The position numbers were made by a program, and so were the translations under genes. Source: a virus (Duplodnaviria; Caudoviricetes). Taken from it: a stretch of DNA of 64,000 nucleotides. Below are positions 7,123-15,648 of the stretch, in pieces. Positions within the stretch are counted from its first letter, which is position 1, and each line of letters opens with the position of its first letter. Location: the IMG/VR virus record IMGVR_UViG_2595698882_000001, positions 32,001 through 96,000 of that record. The stretch is one strand, 5' to 3'. The notes beneath the pieces were generated by a model. The model saw nothing but the letters and a program-made list of their open reading frames with translations. It ran no database searches and had not been told where the DNA came from.

Positions 7123-7359
7123 ATGTTGGTAAACAAGTCACTTGCAGGAAAGGTAGTAGCTACAGAGTTCGGAAACATCACCTTCAATGAAAAAGGGGAG
7201 TCGAAAGACCTTAAACCGGAACAGGAGAAAGTATTCGCTCAGTTTAACGGGTTTGAAGTTGTAGAGAAGAAATCCCCTAAAGCAAAAGAAGAAGCCTCAT
7301 CCGAGGATAAGGCTAAAGAAAAGAAACCAGCTGCTAAAAATAAGAAAGCGAAAGAATAA
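7123..7359 (+). CDS. small hypothetical virion-module protein
   Basis: 78 aa, SD AAGGAG, syntenic after capsid. Confidence 0.8.
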   Translation: MLVNKSLAGKVVATEFGNITFNEKGESKDLKPEQEKVFAQFNGFEVVEKKSPKAKEEASSEDKAKEKKPAAKNKKAKE

Positions 7360-7378
7360 CAATTTAGAAAGTTGAGGG

Positions 7379-8260
7379 ATGGAAATGATGTTCACGAATG
7401 AGAACTCAGGGTATCCTTACGATCACAATAATCCTGAGCACATCAAACCAGAGGACGTTGATAAGTATACTCTTGCAGACTACGGGTTCACGGTTGATGC
7501 GGTTAAAGCAAACCATTTCGGTATGGACGTTACTGACCCTCGTACTGGTGAATACCTTCCTGATGCGTTCTACGAGTCCAAGATTGAAGCTGCTATCGCT
7601 CAGGCTGAGAAACGACTAGACATCGTTATCCTCCCTCGTATTCTAACAGAGCATCACGACTTCTACCGTAACGATTACCAGAGCTATATGTACATCCACA
7701 CACATTCAAAGCCAATTTTACAACTAGAAGATGTGAGGTTGGAATATGGAGGGAACACCATTTACAAGTACCCGGCGAGATGGTGGAGAGTTAACAACCT
7801 AGCAGGACATGTCCAAATGCTTCCAAACACGGCATTATCGGGAGGACAAAACAATCTGTCCCTTGTCCAAGCATATTCCAGCTACCCAATGATTTCAGGG
7901 CTACCTTATACAGTTGGAAGCAATTATGCACCTCAGATGTTCCATGTCACATACATAGCTGGAATGCTTCCACCTAAACGTAGAGGTGTTACTGCTCCAT
8001 TAGAGATGCACCCGGATTTATGGAACCTCGTTATCAAAATGGCACTTAAAGAAGTATTCGAGCAATGGGGTCGTTTAATCCTTGGAGCAGGTATCGCAAA
8101 CATGTCCATTCAGATGGACGGTATTTCTCAGAGTATTGATACAACTCAGAGTGCTATGTACGGTGGAGCTTCCGCAGATATCGTGCAGCTCAACGAAGAT
8201 ATTGAGGGGCTTGTAGCAGGTCTTAAAGCTTACTACGGAGTAAACTTAGGTCTCATTTAA
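7379..8260 (+). CDS. head-tail adaptor (neck) protein
   Basis: 293 aa. VTYIAG and SIQMDGISQS adaptor-like motifs; synteny. Confidence 0.75.
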   Translation: MEMMFTNENSGYPYDHNNPEHIKPEDVDKYTLADYGFTVDAVKANHFGMDVTDPRTGEYLPDAFYESKIEAAIAQAEKRLDIVILPRILTEHHDFYRNDYQSYMYIHTHSKPILQLEDVRLEYGGNTIYKYPARWWRVNNLAGHVQMLPNTALSGGQNNLSLVQAYSSYPMISGLPYTVGSNYAPQMFHVTYIAGMLPPKRRGVTAPLEMHPDLWNLVIKMALKEVFEQWGRLILGAGIANMSIQMDGISQSIDTTQSAMYGGASADIVQLNEDIEGLVAGLKAYYGVNLGLI

Positions 8261-8274
8261 GGGAGGGATAATAC

Positions 8275-9069
8275 ATGTCTGAAAGACCAGCAATACTGCC
8301 TACTACATCTACAGCGTATTTTAAAGCGGACGTTCACGACACAGGTTTTAAAAGTATGTCTACTCCCGCTAAATGGGAGAAGTCTTATTTATGTCCGTGT
8401 AGACGTAAGGACACAAGACAGCCGGATCAAGCTTGCCATCACTGTAAGGGTAGAGGCATAGCGTTCCTCCCTCCCCGGGACTTCGATATCCTCATCCAAT
8501 CAGAAGAAAAAGGAGTGTTTAATGGCGATCTAGGGCTTCTGGACTTTGGTACCGCTATTGGTACTCCAGCGGACCGAGAAATCCGACTAGCTTTCCGGGA
8601 TAGGATCACTATCACTGGGGCTCTGGTGAGTCAATCCTTTATTTTTAACGTGACTGATCATCGAGTTAAAAATGGGTTTTACATGGTGTATGACGTTCAC
8701 CAGATCGAATACGCTGTCACTCTAGACGGGGAGCTTACTGAGGGTGAAGATTACGAGTTCGATAGCAAAAACAATCTGTTTATACCTAAGAGTCACCTTT
8801 TAGGTAAGAACGTATCAATTAATATCTTGACCACCCTGCGATACCTTGTGGCAGATTTATTAAAAGAGCATAGATACCAACGAGACCTAGCGGGAAACCT
8901 ACTACGCATGCAGCAGAAGCTTCTTCTAAAACGTGAGGACTGTTTTATTGACAAAGAGGCATTTGATCTTGGCGTTAATGATACTCAGGTAACAGAGATG
9001 ATAGAACCTAAACGTCAAGCTAAACTAGATGGTCTGAATGGATTCTTCTCAGGGTACGGTGGTTCCTAA
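8275..9069 (+). CDS. neck/stopper protein
   Basis: CPC..CxxCxGxG zinc motif; synteny with Herelleviridae neck genes. Confidence 0.65.
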   Translation: MSERPAILPTTSTAYFKADVHDTGFKSMSTPAKWEKSYLCPCRRKDTRQPDQACHHCKGRGIAFLPPRDFDILIQSEEKGVFNGDLGLLDFGTAIGTPADREIRLAFRDRITITGALVSQSFIFNVTDHRVKNGFYMVYDVHQIEYAVTLDGELTEGEDYEFDSKNNLFIPKSHLLGKNVSINILTTLRYLVADLLKEHRYQRDLAGNLLRMQQKLLLKREDCFIDKEAFDLGVNDTQVTEMIEPKRQAKLDGLNGFFSGYGGS

Positions 9070-9701
9070 TGGCACGAGGCAGAAAGTCGATTAGACCGAA
9101 GATGTTCCAGAGCAAGGCAGCAACTCAGAAAGCCATGAGCAACTTCGGTAATGCGCTGATACAGAGAACCCTTTCAGCAGGTGAGGAAGCAGTACGTAAC
9201 GCACAGCCTAATGATGTTTCTGTAACCCGGAAGCCTAAGTATCTAGAGGTAACGGAAAACAGGCTTCGTAAGCTGGGTGTTATCGACTTAAAGCCGTTCT
9301 TTGCTAAGAGTTCTAAGAAGAAGATGAAAAAAGGTGGGGGATGGTATCTCACTGTTCCGATCACCCGTAAGACTCGAAACATGTCAAGAAAGATGTATGA
9401 CCAACTAAGGTCCGTTAATACTCGACCTAACACGAAGAAAACTGTTATCACAGATTACCTATATGATAGACGACAAATTTCAGATTCTACAATGCTCAAT
9501 TACAACCCAAGGTCTAAAAACATTACAAAAGAGCGTGTGGGTAAGAATAGACACTCCTATGTGTCCTACCGTACAGTTTCTGACAAGTCCCCGGCTAACA
9601 GCTGGATTATTAATAGAGGTAAGGTTAACGAAGCCGACACTTCGAAAACGTTTATCAAGAACGTTGATAGGCTTATAAGATGGCAGATGAAGAACAACTA
9701 A
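9069..9701 (+). CDS. basic neck/tail-completion protein
   Basis: 210 aa, K/R rich, GGWYLTVP and YRTVSDKSP..SW motifs; TAATG coupling. Confidence 0.65.
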   Translation: MARGRKSIRPKMFQSKAATQKAMSNFGNALIQRTLSAGEEAVRNAQPNDVSVTRKPKYLEVTENRLRKLGVIDLKPFFAKSSKKKMKKGGGWYLTVPITRKTRNMSRKMYDQLRSVNTRPNTKKTVITDYLYDRRQISDSTMLNYNPRSKNITKERVGKNRHSYVSYRTVSDKSPANSWIINRGKVNEADTSKTFIKNVDRLIRWQMKNN

Positions 9702-9713
9702 AGGAGGTACTGT

Positions 9714-10580
9714 ATGGCTCTCCCAAGTATTGATACATATTTGTATAAGGAAATAGCGGAGAAGTTAGAAATTATCCTATCGAACCGCTATATTATAGAG
9801 GAAATATTAAAAGAAGTGCAGCCGGAAGTCTCCACCAGTTTTATCGAGAGATTTACTGGGGACCGTAGGTGGGAAATTCCGATTGTCTACACTATGCCGC
9901 AGGATAAACAGTCCCAAAGAGGAGCCATTTATATTGGTCTTCGAGAAGGGCAAGAATCTCAGCCTAGCTTGGGTAACATGGAAGACACCTACGATTTCAA
10001 AGAAGGGAACCTGTATAAAGAGGAATCTGTAGTAGCTGCTACAGAGTCTGATGAACCGGGTAACCGCAGGCTGTACTTAGAGGTATCGCAGCCTATAGGT
10101 GATCTATATAACGTTGAAGGACTAGAGTTCGCTAGAAGCGATAATAAGACTATCGAAGGAAACCGGATTTACTTTAAATATGATCCCTCTCTTATTGGGC
10201 TGTCGTTCCTTGTGAACTATGTTGCCAAAGTGGGGGACGAAGAAGGTCTTAAAAAAGGTTTCACTGCCCTTGAGCACTACTCAGTTCTAGTAGTATCCAC
10301 GAATATGGACACTGTACGCTGCTTAGACTTAATTGTTAAAGCAATCCTCATCATGATGAGAAGCAATGCTGAAGAGCACAGTAACCAGCTGCTCCAGAAG
10401 CTTCAATTCGGTCAGATAGAGGAGATTCCATTAGGTACAACCGATGGCGCCACCCCTGAGTTGCTGTATGGGAGAGAGGCTATCGTGTCTTATACAACAT
10501 CGTATAACTTAGACACTCCAATAATGAACATGTTAAAAGAAATCAAAATTAACGTGAACTTAGACGTAGAAGGGGAGTGA
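9714..10580 (+). CDS. putative tail terminator
   Basis: 288 aa, SD AGGAGG, positioned before sheath. Confidence 0.6.
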   Translation: MALPSIDTYLYKEIAEKLEIILSNRYIIEEILKEVQPEVSTSFIERFTGDRRWEIPIVYTMPQDKQSQRGAIYIGLREGQESQPSLGNMEDTYDFKEGNLYKEESVVAATESDEPGNRRLYLEVSQPIGDLYNVEGLEFARSDNKTIEGNRIYFKYDPSLIGLSFLVNYVAKVGDEEGLKKGFTALEHYSVLVVSTNMDTVRCLDLIVKAILIMMRSNAEEHSNQLLQKLQFGQIEEIPLGTTDGATPELLYGREAIVSYTTSYNLDTPIMNMLKEIKINVNLDVEGE

Positions 10581-10585
10581 AAGTA

Positions 10586-10825
10586 ATGGCTGAGTCTAAA
10601 AAAGACGTTAAAGAAGAAACAAAGAAAGCAAAAGCTACCCCAAAGCAACCTACTCCTATTAAGCCATATATCCACGTTGATACGTTCTTGAAAACTGCCA
10701 TCCCGCTATTCGGTATGAGTAACGTACAAGCTGCTGGATTTAGAGCCCTCATGAATGGTCGTCAGTACCAGCGTGATGAGCAGGTATTTGTGGATGAGCT
10801 TAAAGCTTATCTAAAAATAAAATAA
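10586..10825 (+). CDS. small hypothetical protein
   Basis: ORF directly before sheath; ATG at 10586 or GTG at 10577. Confidence 0.75.
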   Translation: MAESKKDVKEETKKAKATPKQPTPIKPYIHVDTFLKTAIPLFGMSNVQAAGFRALMNGRQYQRDEQVFVDELKAYLKIK

Positions 10826-10849
10826 TTAATCGGAAAGGAAGATTAGAAT

Positions 10850-12559
10850 ATGGCACAATCTTACGGATACGACAGAGAGCGTCCACGTACAGAAGTATTT
10901 CTTGACTCCAGCAACTTGGGAGCCGCAAACGTAGCTAGTGAAAAACCACTGGTACTCATGGGCTCTGCTAACGGCGGTCAGCCACACGTACCACACTTGA
11001 TTACCAACTACGCTCAAGCTCGGGAAATGTTCCGTGGCGGGGAACTGTTAGACGCAATTGAAATGGCTTGGAATCCATCACCTACAGCTCAAGGTGCAGG
11101 TAAAATCTACGCTATGCGTACAGATGACGCTACCCAAGCTAAGTTCTCAAACGGAGGTTTGACTGTAACCTCTAAGCTGTATGGAGCAGATGCGAACAGC
11201 ATTCAAGTAGAATATGCCGATAACAACTTGACTAAGTCTAAACGTTTCAGCGTGTATTTCACAAAAGAACGTTATGAGCAAGTCTACGACAACATCGGTA
11301 ATATCTTCACCGTACAGTACAAAGGGACAGAGGCTCAAGCTACTATCTCAATCGAAGTGGATGCAAACACTCATTTAGCTACTCGTCTTGTACTTAGTGC
11401 AGGAGAAGACGCTGAGTCTTTACAGCCTCTTCGTACATACGAACTAGGTCAAGGGGTTTACCAAGATGTTAACGTTCTTGTTAACGACATCAATAACCTT
11501 CCTGACTTCGAAGCAAAAATGAATACTCTTGGTGGAAACAAAAACATCGAAACTGAGTACCTCGATGAGTTGACTGCAACTGATGTTAAAACATCTCAAG
11601 TGGTTGTTACAGCTGTAGGTGCTGACCTCATCAACCAAGTGTCTAACGATACATACGTAGCTGTTGAGGTAGACCGAGCTCAAGCTCTCCCTGCATCTTT
11701 CACTCTAACAAACCTCTCTGGAGCTAAGACTGAACCAGCACCTGCTTCTTGGGCAGAACTGTTTAGTAAAGTAGCTGACTTAGGAGCTTACTACATCGTC
11801 CCGTTAACTGCTGAAGAAGCAATCCATGGAGAGCTCTCTCAGTTCCTACGTGACGAGTCTAACAATGGTAACCATTTAAGAGGTTTCGTTGGAGGTAAGT
11901 TCAAGGAGTCTATTGAGACCATGAGAGGTCGTCAGATGAACCTTCGTAACTCTCGGGTGGACCTCATCGGTAACTCCGGTACACGCAGAATGTCTGATGG
12001 TCGAGTGTATAACTTCCCTGCTTACATGTATGCAGCTCTTGTCGGCGGTATCGCAAGCGGTTTAGACATTGGTGAACCACTTACATACAAACGTGTAAAC
12101 ATCGAAGCTCTAGACATGAAGTTCACAGGAGACCAGTTAGACCAGCTGAACAACTCAGGTATCATCATGACAGAATTTGTACGTACTCGTACTGCATCAT
12201 ACTACCGCATCGTAAGTGATCCAACTACTTACAACGTAGCAAGTGATCCAGTTCAGAACCGTACATCTCTGGGAGAAATCTCTGACTTCTTGACAACTGA
12301 GATTCGTACAGTGTTGGATGAAGAGTTTATCGGAACTCGTCTCCGTAACACATCTGCTTCTATCTTGAAGAACCGAGTAGAGTCCTTCCTCGACAGACAG
12401 AAAGATGTTGGCGGCTTGATCGTTGATTACAACCCAGACGATGTTCAGGTTATCATCACAGGAAATACAGCCCGTATCAACATCTCTGTAAAACCTGCTC
12501 AAGGATTGGATTACATCAACGTCTACATCACGTATGAAGATGTTGAGTTGACAGCCTAA
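10850..12559 (+). CDS. tail sheath protein
   Basis: 569 aa. RPRTEV, FRGGELLDAIEMAW and C-terminal sheath domain. Confidence 0.95.
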   Translation: MAQSYGYDRERPRTEVFLDSSNLGAANVASEKPLVLMGSANGGQPHVPHLITNYAQAREMFRGGELLDAIEMAWNPSPTAQGAGKIYAMRTDDATQAKFSNGGLTVTSKLYGADANSIQVEYADNNLTKSKRFSVYFTKERYEQVYDNIGNIFTVQYKGTEAQATISIEVDANTHLATRLVLSAGEDAESLQPLRTYELGQGVYQDVNVLVNDINNLPDFEAKMNTLGGNKNIETEYLDELTATDVKTSQVVVTAVGADLINQVSNDTYVAVEVDRAQALPASFTLTNLSGAKTEPAPASWAELFSKVADLGAYYIVPLTAEEAIHGELSQFLRDESNNGNHLRGFVGGKFKESIETMRGRQMNLRNSRVDLIGNSGTRRMSDGRVYNFPAYMYAALVGGIASGLDIGEPLTYKRVNIEALDMKFTGDQLDQLNNSGIIMTEFVRTRTASYYRIVSDPTTYNVASDPVQNRTSLGEISDFLTTEIRTVLDEEFIGTRLRNTSASILKNRVESFLDRQKDVGGLIVDYNPDDVQVIITGNTARINISVKPAQGLDYINVYITYEDVELTA

Positions 12560-12622
12560 TTAACAATGCTGGGGAGGTTATAGCCTCCCTAAGCACTTAA
12601 TAAATGATAGGAGTGAAGTTTA

Positions 12623-13048
12623 ATGGCAAGTGTAACTAACCAGTCCGTACATTCCGCTAATACGGTGTACTTCATGATCAAGAACGTACCGATTGCCCGG
12701 GCACAGTCCATCTCTGCTGAACGTAGTTTTGGTACTACTGGGGTTTACCAGATCGGTTCTATCATGCCACAAGAACACGTCTATCTGAGATACGAGGGCA
12801 GCGTAACAGTTGACCGTTTCCGTATGAAGAAAGAAAACCTTGCAACCCTTGGTATGGCTGCTTTGGGTGAAGAAGTTCTTCAGATGGACATTATGGATAT
12901 TGTACTATACGATAACTACTCTCAAGAGGTTATCATCGCTTATCGTGGATGCTCTATCGACACTTACAATGAGACAACTAACGTTGGGGAAATCGTAAGT
13001 GAGCAAGCTCGTTTCTACTTCTTGACATCCGCAAATGTCAGAGGTTAA
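12623..13048 (+). CDS. tail tube protein
   Basis: 141 aa after sheath; ERSFGTTGVYQIGSIMPQEH motif. Confidence 0.92.
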   Translation: MASVTNQSVHSANTVYFMIKNVPIARAQSISAERSFGTTGVYQIGSIMPQEHVYLRYEGSVTVDRFRMKKENLATLGMAALGEEVLQMDIMDIVLYDNYSQEVIIAYRGCSIDTYNETTNVGEIVSEQARFYFLTSANVRG

Positions 13049-13059
13049 AACAGAATTAT

Positions 13060-13082
13060 GGGACCTATAGGGTCCCTTTTTT
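13060..13082 (+). terminator. intrinsic terminator
   Basis: GGGACC/GGTCCC stem plus T6. Confidence 0.85.
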
Positions 13083-13095
13083 ATTTACTCTGTAC

Positions 13096-13133
13096 ATTAC
13101 AGTTACTTTACAATCCTGTAACATGTGTCTAAT
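13096..13133. promoter_or_regulatory. two WalR(YycF)-box matches
   Basis: Minus strand 13096-13112 reads TGTAAA-GTAAC-TGTAAT (perfect TGTWAH-N5-TGTWAH); plus strand 13117-13133 reads TGTAAC-ATGTG-TCTAAT (one mismatch). Confidence 0.65.
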
Positions 13134-13232
13134 ATGGAGTCCTTTGTGCTAAATTAAGTAGAGTGAGTAAAACAGATATCACTCACATTGAGCGCTAATA
13201 GGCGCCTTGCAAACACAGAGAGGAGTTTTTAA

Positions 13233-13820
13233 ATGAACTTAAAGAAGGGTATCGTAGCTTGTGCAGCAGCTTTAGGGGTGACTTTTGCCGGACAGTCTGC
13301 CGCATCAGCCGCATCCGTAAATACATACAGTGTGGTGGATTTCTTAGCTGCTCGTGGAGAGGACTCAAGTCTTAGCCACCGTAGTGAACTGGCTGCTGAT
13401 CATGGAATTACAGGTTATAGAGGAACAGCCAACCAGAACTTACAGCTTCTCGAAAAGCTGAAAGGAACACCAGCGGCTGTTAATAAAGTCACTCAGAGCA
13501 AACCTGTTGCCGCTAAGCCACAGGCAGAGGGTAAATCCCTTACAGTGGAAGCTACAGCGTACACAGCGTACTGTGCAGGTTGTTCAGGTGTAACAGCTAC
13601 AGGGGTTAACTTGAAAGCTAACCCGGGACTAAAAGTTATTGCAGTGGACCCTAATGTTATTCCATTAGGATCGAAAGTTTATGTTGAGGGATACGGAACT
13701 GCCGTAGCTGCCGATACGGGTGGAGCTATTAAAGGGAACCGTATTGATGTGTTCATCCCTAGCCAGAGTGCAGCAGAAAACTTTGGGCGTAAAACAGTAC
13801 AAGTAACGGTTTTAAATTAA
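13233..13820 (+). CDS. secreted 3D-domain cell-wall protein (YocH-like) with DUF3597-like binding domain
   Basis: Signal peptide ending ASA; SVVDFL..DSS..R..LA..GI..Y.GTA.QN; EATAY, IAVDP..IPLGS, AADTGGAIKGNRIDVF. Confidence 0.92.
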   Translation: MNLKKGIVACAAALGVTFAGQSAASAASVNTYSVVDFLAARGEDSSLSHRSELAADHGITGYRGTANQNLQLLEKLKGTPAAVNKVTQSKPVAAKPQAEGKSLTVEATAYTAYCAGCSGVTATGVNLKANPGLKVIAVDPNVIPLGSKVYVEGYGTAVAADTGGAIKGNRIDVFIPSQSAAENFGRKTVQVTVLN

Positions 13821-13846
13821 CAGGTGCCTAGCACCTGTTTTTTTTT
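13820..13846 (+). terminator. intrinsic terminator
   Basis: CAGGTGC/GCACCTG stem plus T-run. Confidence 0.85.
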
Positions 13847-13856
13847 ATAAAAACTA

Positions 13857-13885
13857 TTGACGAGATGTAATCTAGTAAATATAAT
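13857..13885 (+). promoter_or_regulatory. sigmaA-type early promoter
   Basis: TTGACG-17 nt-TATAAT. Confidence 0.85.
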
Positions 13886-13927
13886 AGAGTTACAAGGTTA
13901 ATACAAAGTAACTAGGGGGAAGATTAA

Positions 13928-14440
13928 ATGACAACTAAATTCAATGAGAGAGCAGCGTTACAGCAATATTTAAACCATGTACTAGAAGAGAGATCACGAC
14001 TTTTAGACATCGCAAACAATATCACAAACCGTTTAAGAGAACTTGATGAAAGTGAAAATGTACAAGTTCCGACAGTCCCTGTATCTGGGGAAGAGATGAG
14101 TGTTCTTGATGCTATTAACAAACACAGTAGCCTACATAGCGCAAATGTAGAGGCTGCTAAGACAGAAGGAAAACTTGTAGATATTGAAATAAGAAGAGAT
14201 CATGACAACAAAGCTAGTTCTGTTAGAACAAAATCACGAAGAGATGTAAAACAGGTTGCCCGAGTAGTTGCATCTGCTCTAAAAGAAGCCGGGGTTCCGT
14301 TGTCAACATCTCGTATCATAGAGAAATTAGAGGAGAAAGGCATCCCAACTAACTCAGTTTATGCATTACTAGGTCAGATTAAAGATTACGAACCTAGAAT
14401 TTCACAACCGAAACGGGGCTATTACCAATACAAAGGGTAA
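13928..14440 (+). CDS. rok: Rok-family winged-helix DNA-binding protein
   Basis: N-terminal FNERAAL..RLRELD and C-terminal PRISQPKRGYY match B. subtilis Rok as recalled (FNEREAL..KLRELD; PEVKKPYRGQY). Confidence 0.8.
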   Translation: MTTKFNERAALQQYLNHVLEERSRLLDIANNITNRLRELDESENVQVPTVPVSGEEMSVLDAINKHSSLHSANVEAAKTEGKLVDIEIRRDHDNKASSVRTKSRRDVKQVARVVASALKEAGVPLSTSRIIEKLEEKGIPTNSVYALLGQIKDYEPRISQPKRGYYQYKG

Positions 14441-14450
14441 TAGCCTTTTG

Positions 14451-14492
14451 TATGTTATAATAAAAATAGACGAACAATTTACTGCTATATTA
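14451..14492 (+). promoter_or_regulatory. tandem extended -10 plus late promoter
   Basis: TATGTTATAAT at 14451 and TGCTATATTA at 14483. Confidence 0.7.
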
Positions 14493-14523
14493 TTAATGAG
14501 AATACATTTAGGAGGAATTTAAA

Positions 14524-14940
14524 ATGTCAGAAGAGTTTATCCCTTTAGAAGATTTTGAACAGGAAAAGACACCGGAGCAGCGTGAAGTTGAGGAACGTCA
14601 AAAGCAAAAGAAAGCCATTGACCGCATTGTTCGAGGTGTTAATGACGTTTTTGAAAAAAATTACAAGTATGAAGAGCTTGGTTGGGATTTTACAGTGAAA
14701 ATCAAAATGCCTAACGCTATTGAACGAGGGCGCATTCATGCTACAGCTACAAGATACCTAGGTGGGTTGTTTGACTTTTCAAACGAGTACCACAGAATTG
14801 TATACACTACACTGGCGACATTAGAGGTATGTGGTATTGATGTACCGGAAGAGCTAAAAGCAGAGAACCTATATCATTTAGATGTTGCGTATAAAATCGG
14901 AGAGGACTTCATAGAGTGGACCCAGACCTTTCGAGTATGA
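14524..14940 (+). CDS. tail assembly chaperone (G-like)
   Basis: First of two ORFs preceding the tape measure gene; ends ...TFRV. Confidence 0.75.
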   Translation: MSEEFIPLEDFEQEKTPEQREVEERQKQKKAIDRIVRGVNDVFEKNYKYEELGWDFTVKIKMPNAIERGRIHATATRYLGGLFDFSNEYHRIVYTTLATLEVCGIDVPEELKAENLYHLDVAYKIGEDFIEWTQTFRV

Positions 14941-15586
14941 GCTGAAAGAGCTCGGAGGCATGGAAAGGTTAGCTAGAACTCCGTATATGCGGAACCTATG
15001 GCTAATCATGAAGACCTTCAACGTACTACCCACAAACAAAGATTTTAGAGAACTTTCAGATGACCAGATCGACATGATGATCTACTCATTTAAAGAAGAT
15101 GCTAGAGAAGCAGAGTTGGCTCGTAAAGGACTTACAGTCGAGAGTGAGCACTTTGACGCATCCTTTGAAGAAGAGGTATGGAACGCAGATGTCGGGAAAT
15201 GGGAAGTTCTTAAAGAAGGGCATGACCCTAACGAAATCGCTAAACAAGTTGAAATGCTTACACGTAAAGAGGACCTTAAGAACCTCGCTGGTAAGTTTGA
15301 CAGCTTAGAGGAATACAACAAATATCTTGAAGAGGGCGGTAAGCCTGCTAGAGAGATGGACGTTGAACGCCATATCGACAAGCAGATCGCTTTAGCAATG
15401 GAAAAAGCAAGGCAGCTTGAGGCGGTCGGAGGAGACAGGAAACTTATTGATGACCGAGACCGACCAGAGGTGGCTAACAATTCCGCACTAAGCGATAACA
15501 AACCGTCCCTAGATAAGGACGCAATCGACAAATCTATCGCATTGTTTAACTCCATGGACGATGATGACGAGTTTGACCCGATATAA
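14930..15586 (+). CDS. tail assembly chaperone extension (T-like), probably reached by +1 frameshift
   Basis: The +1 frame is open from TTC 14930 through ATG 14960. GGAGG lies only 1 nt before that ATG. Confidence 0.65.
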   Translation, partial: FEYELKELGGMERLARTPYMRNLWLIMKTFNVLPTNKDFRELSDDQIDMMIYSFKEDAREAELARKGLTVESEHFDASFEEEVWNADVGKWEVLKEGHDPNEIAKQVEMLTRKEDLKNLAGKFDSLEEYNKYLEEGGKPAREMDVERHIDKQIALAMEKARQLEAVGGDRKLIDDRDRPEVANNSALSDNKPSLDKDAIDKSIALFNSMDDDDEFDPI

Positions 15587-15648
15587 GAGGTAGAGGTTAC
15601 TTAGTGCCTCTACCCTATTTTTATTCTTGAAGGGAGAGTGATGATACA

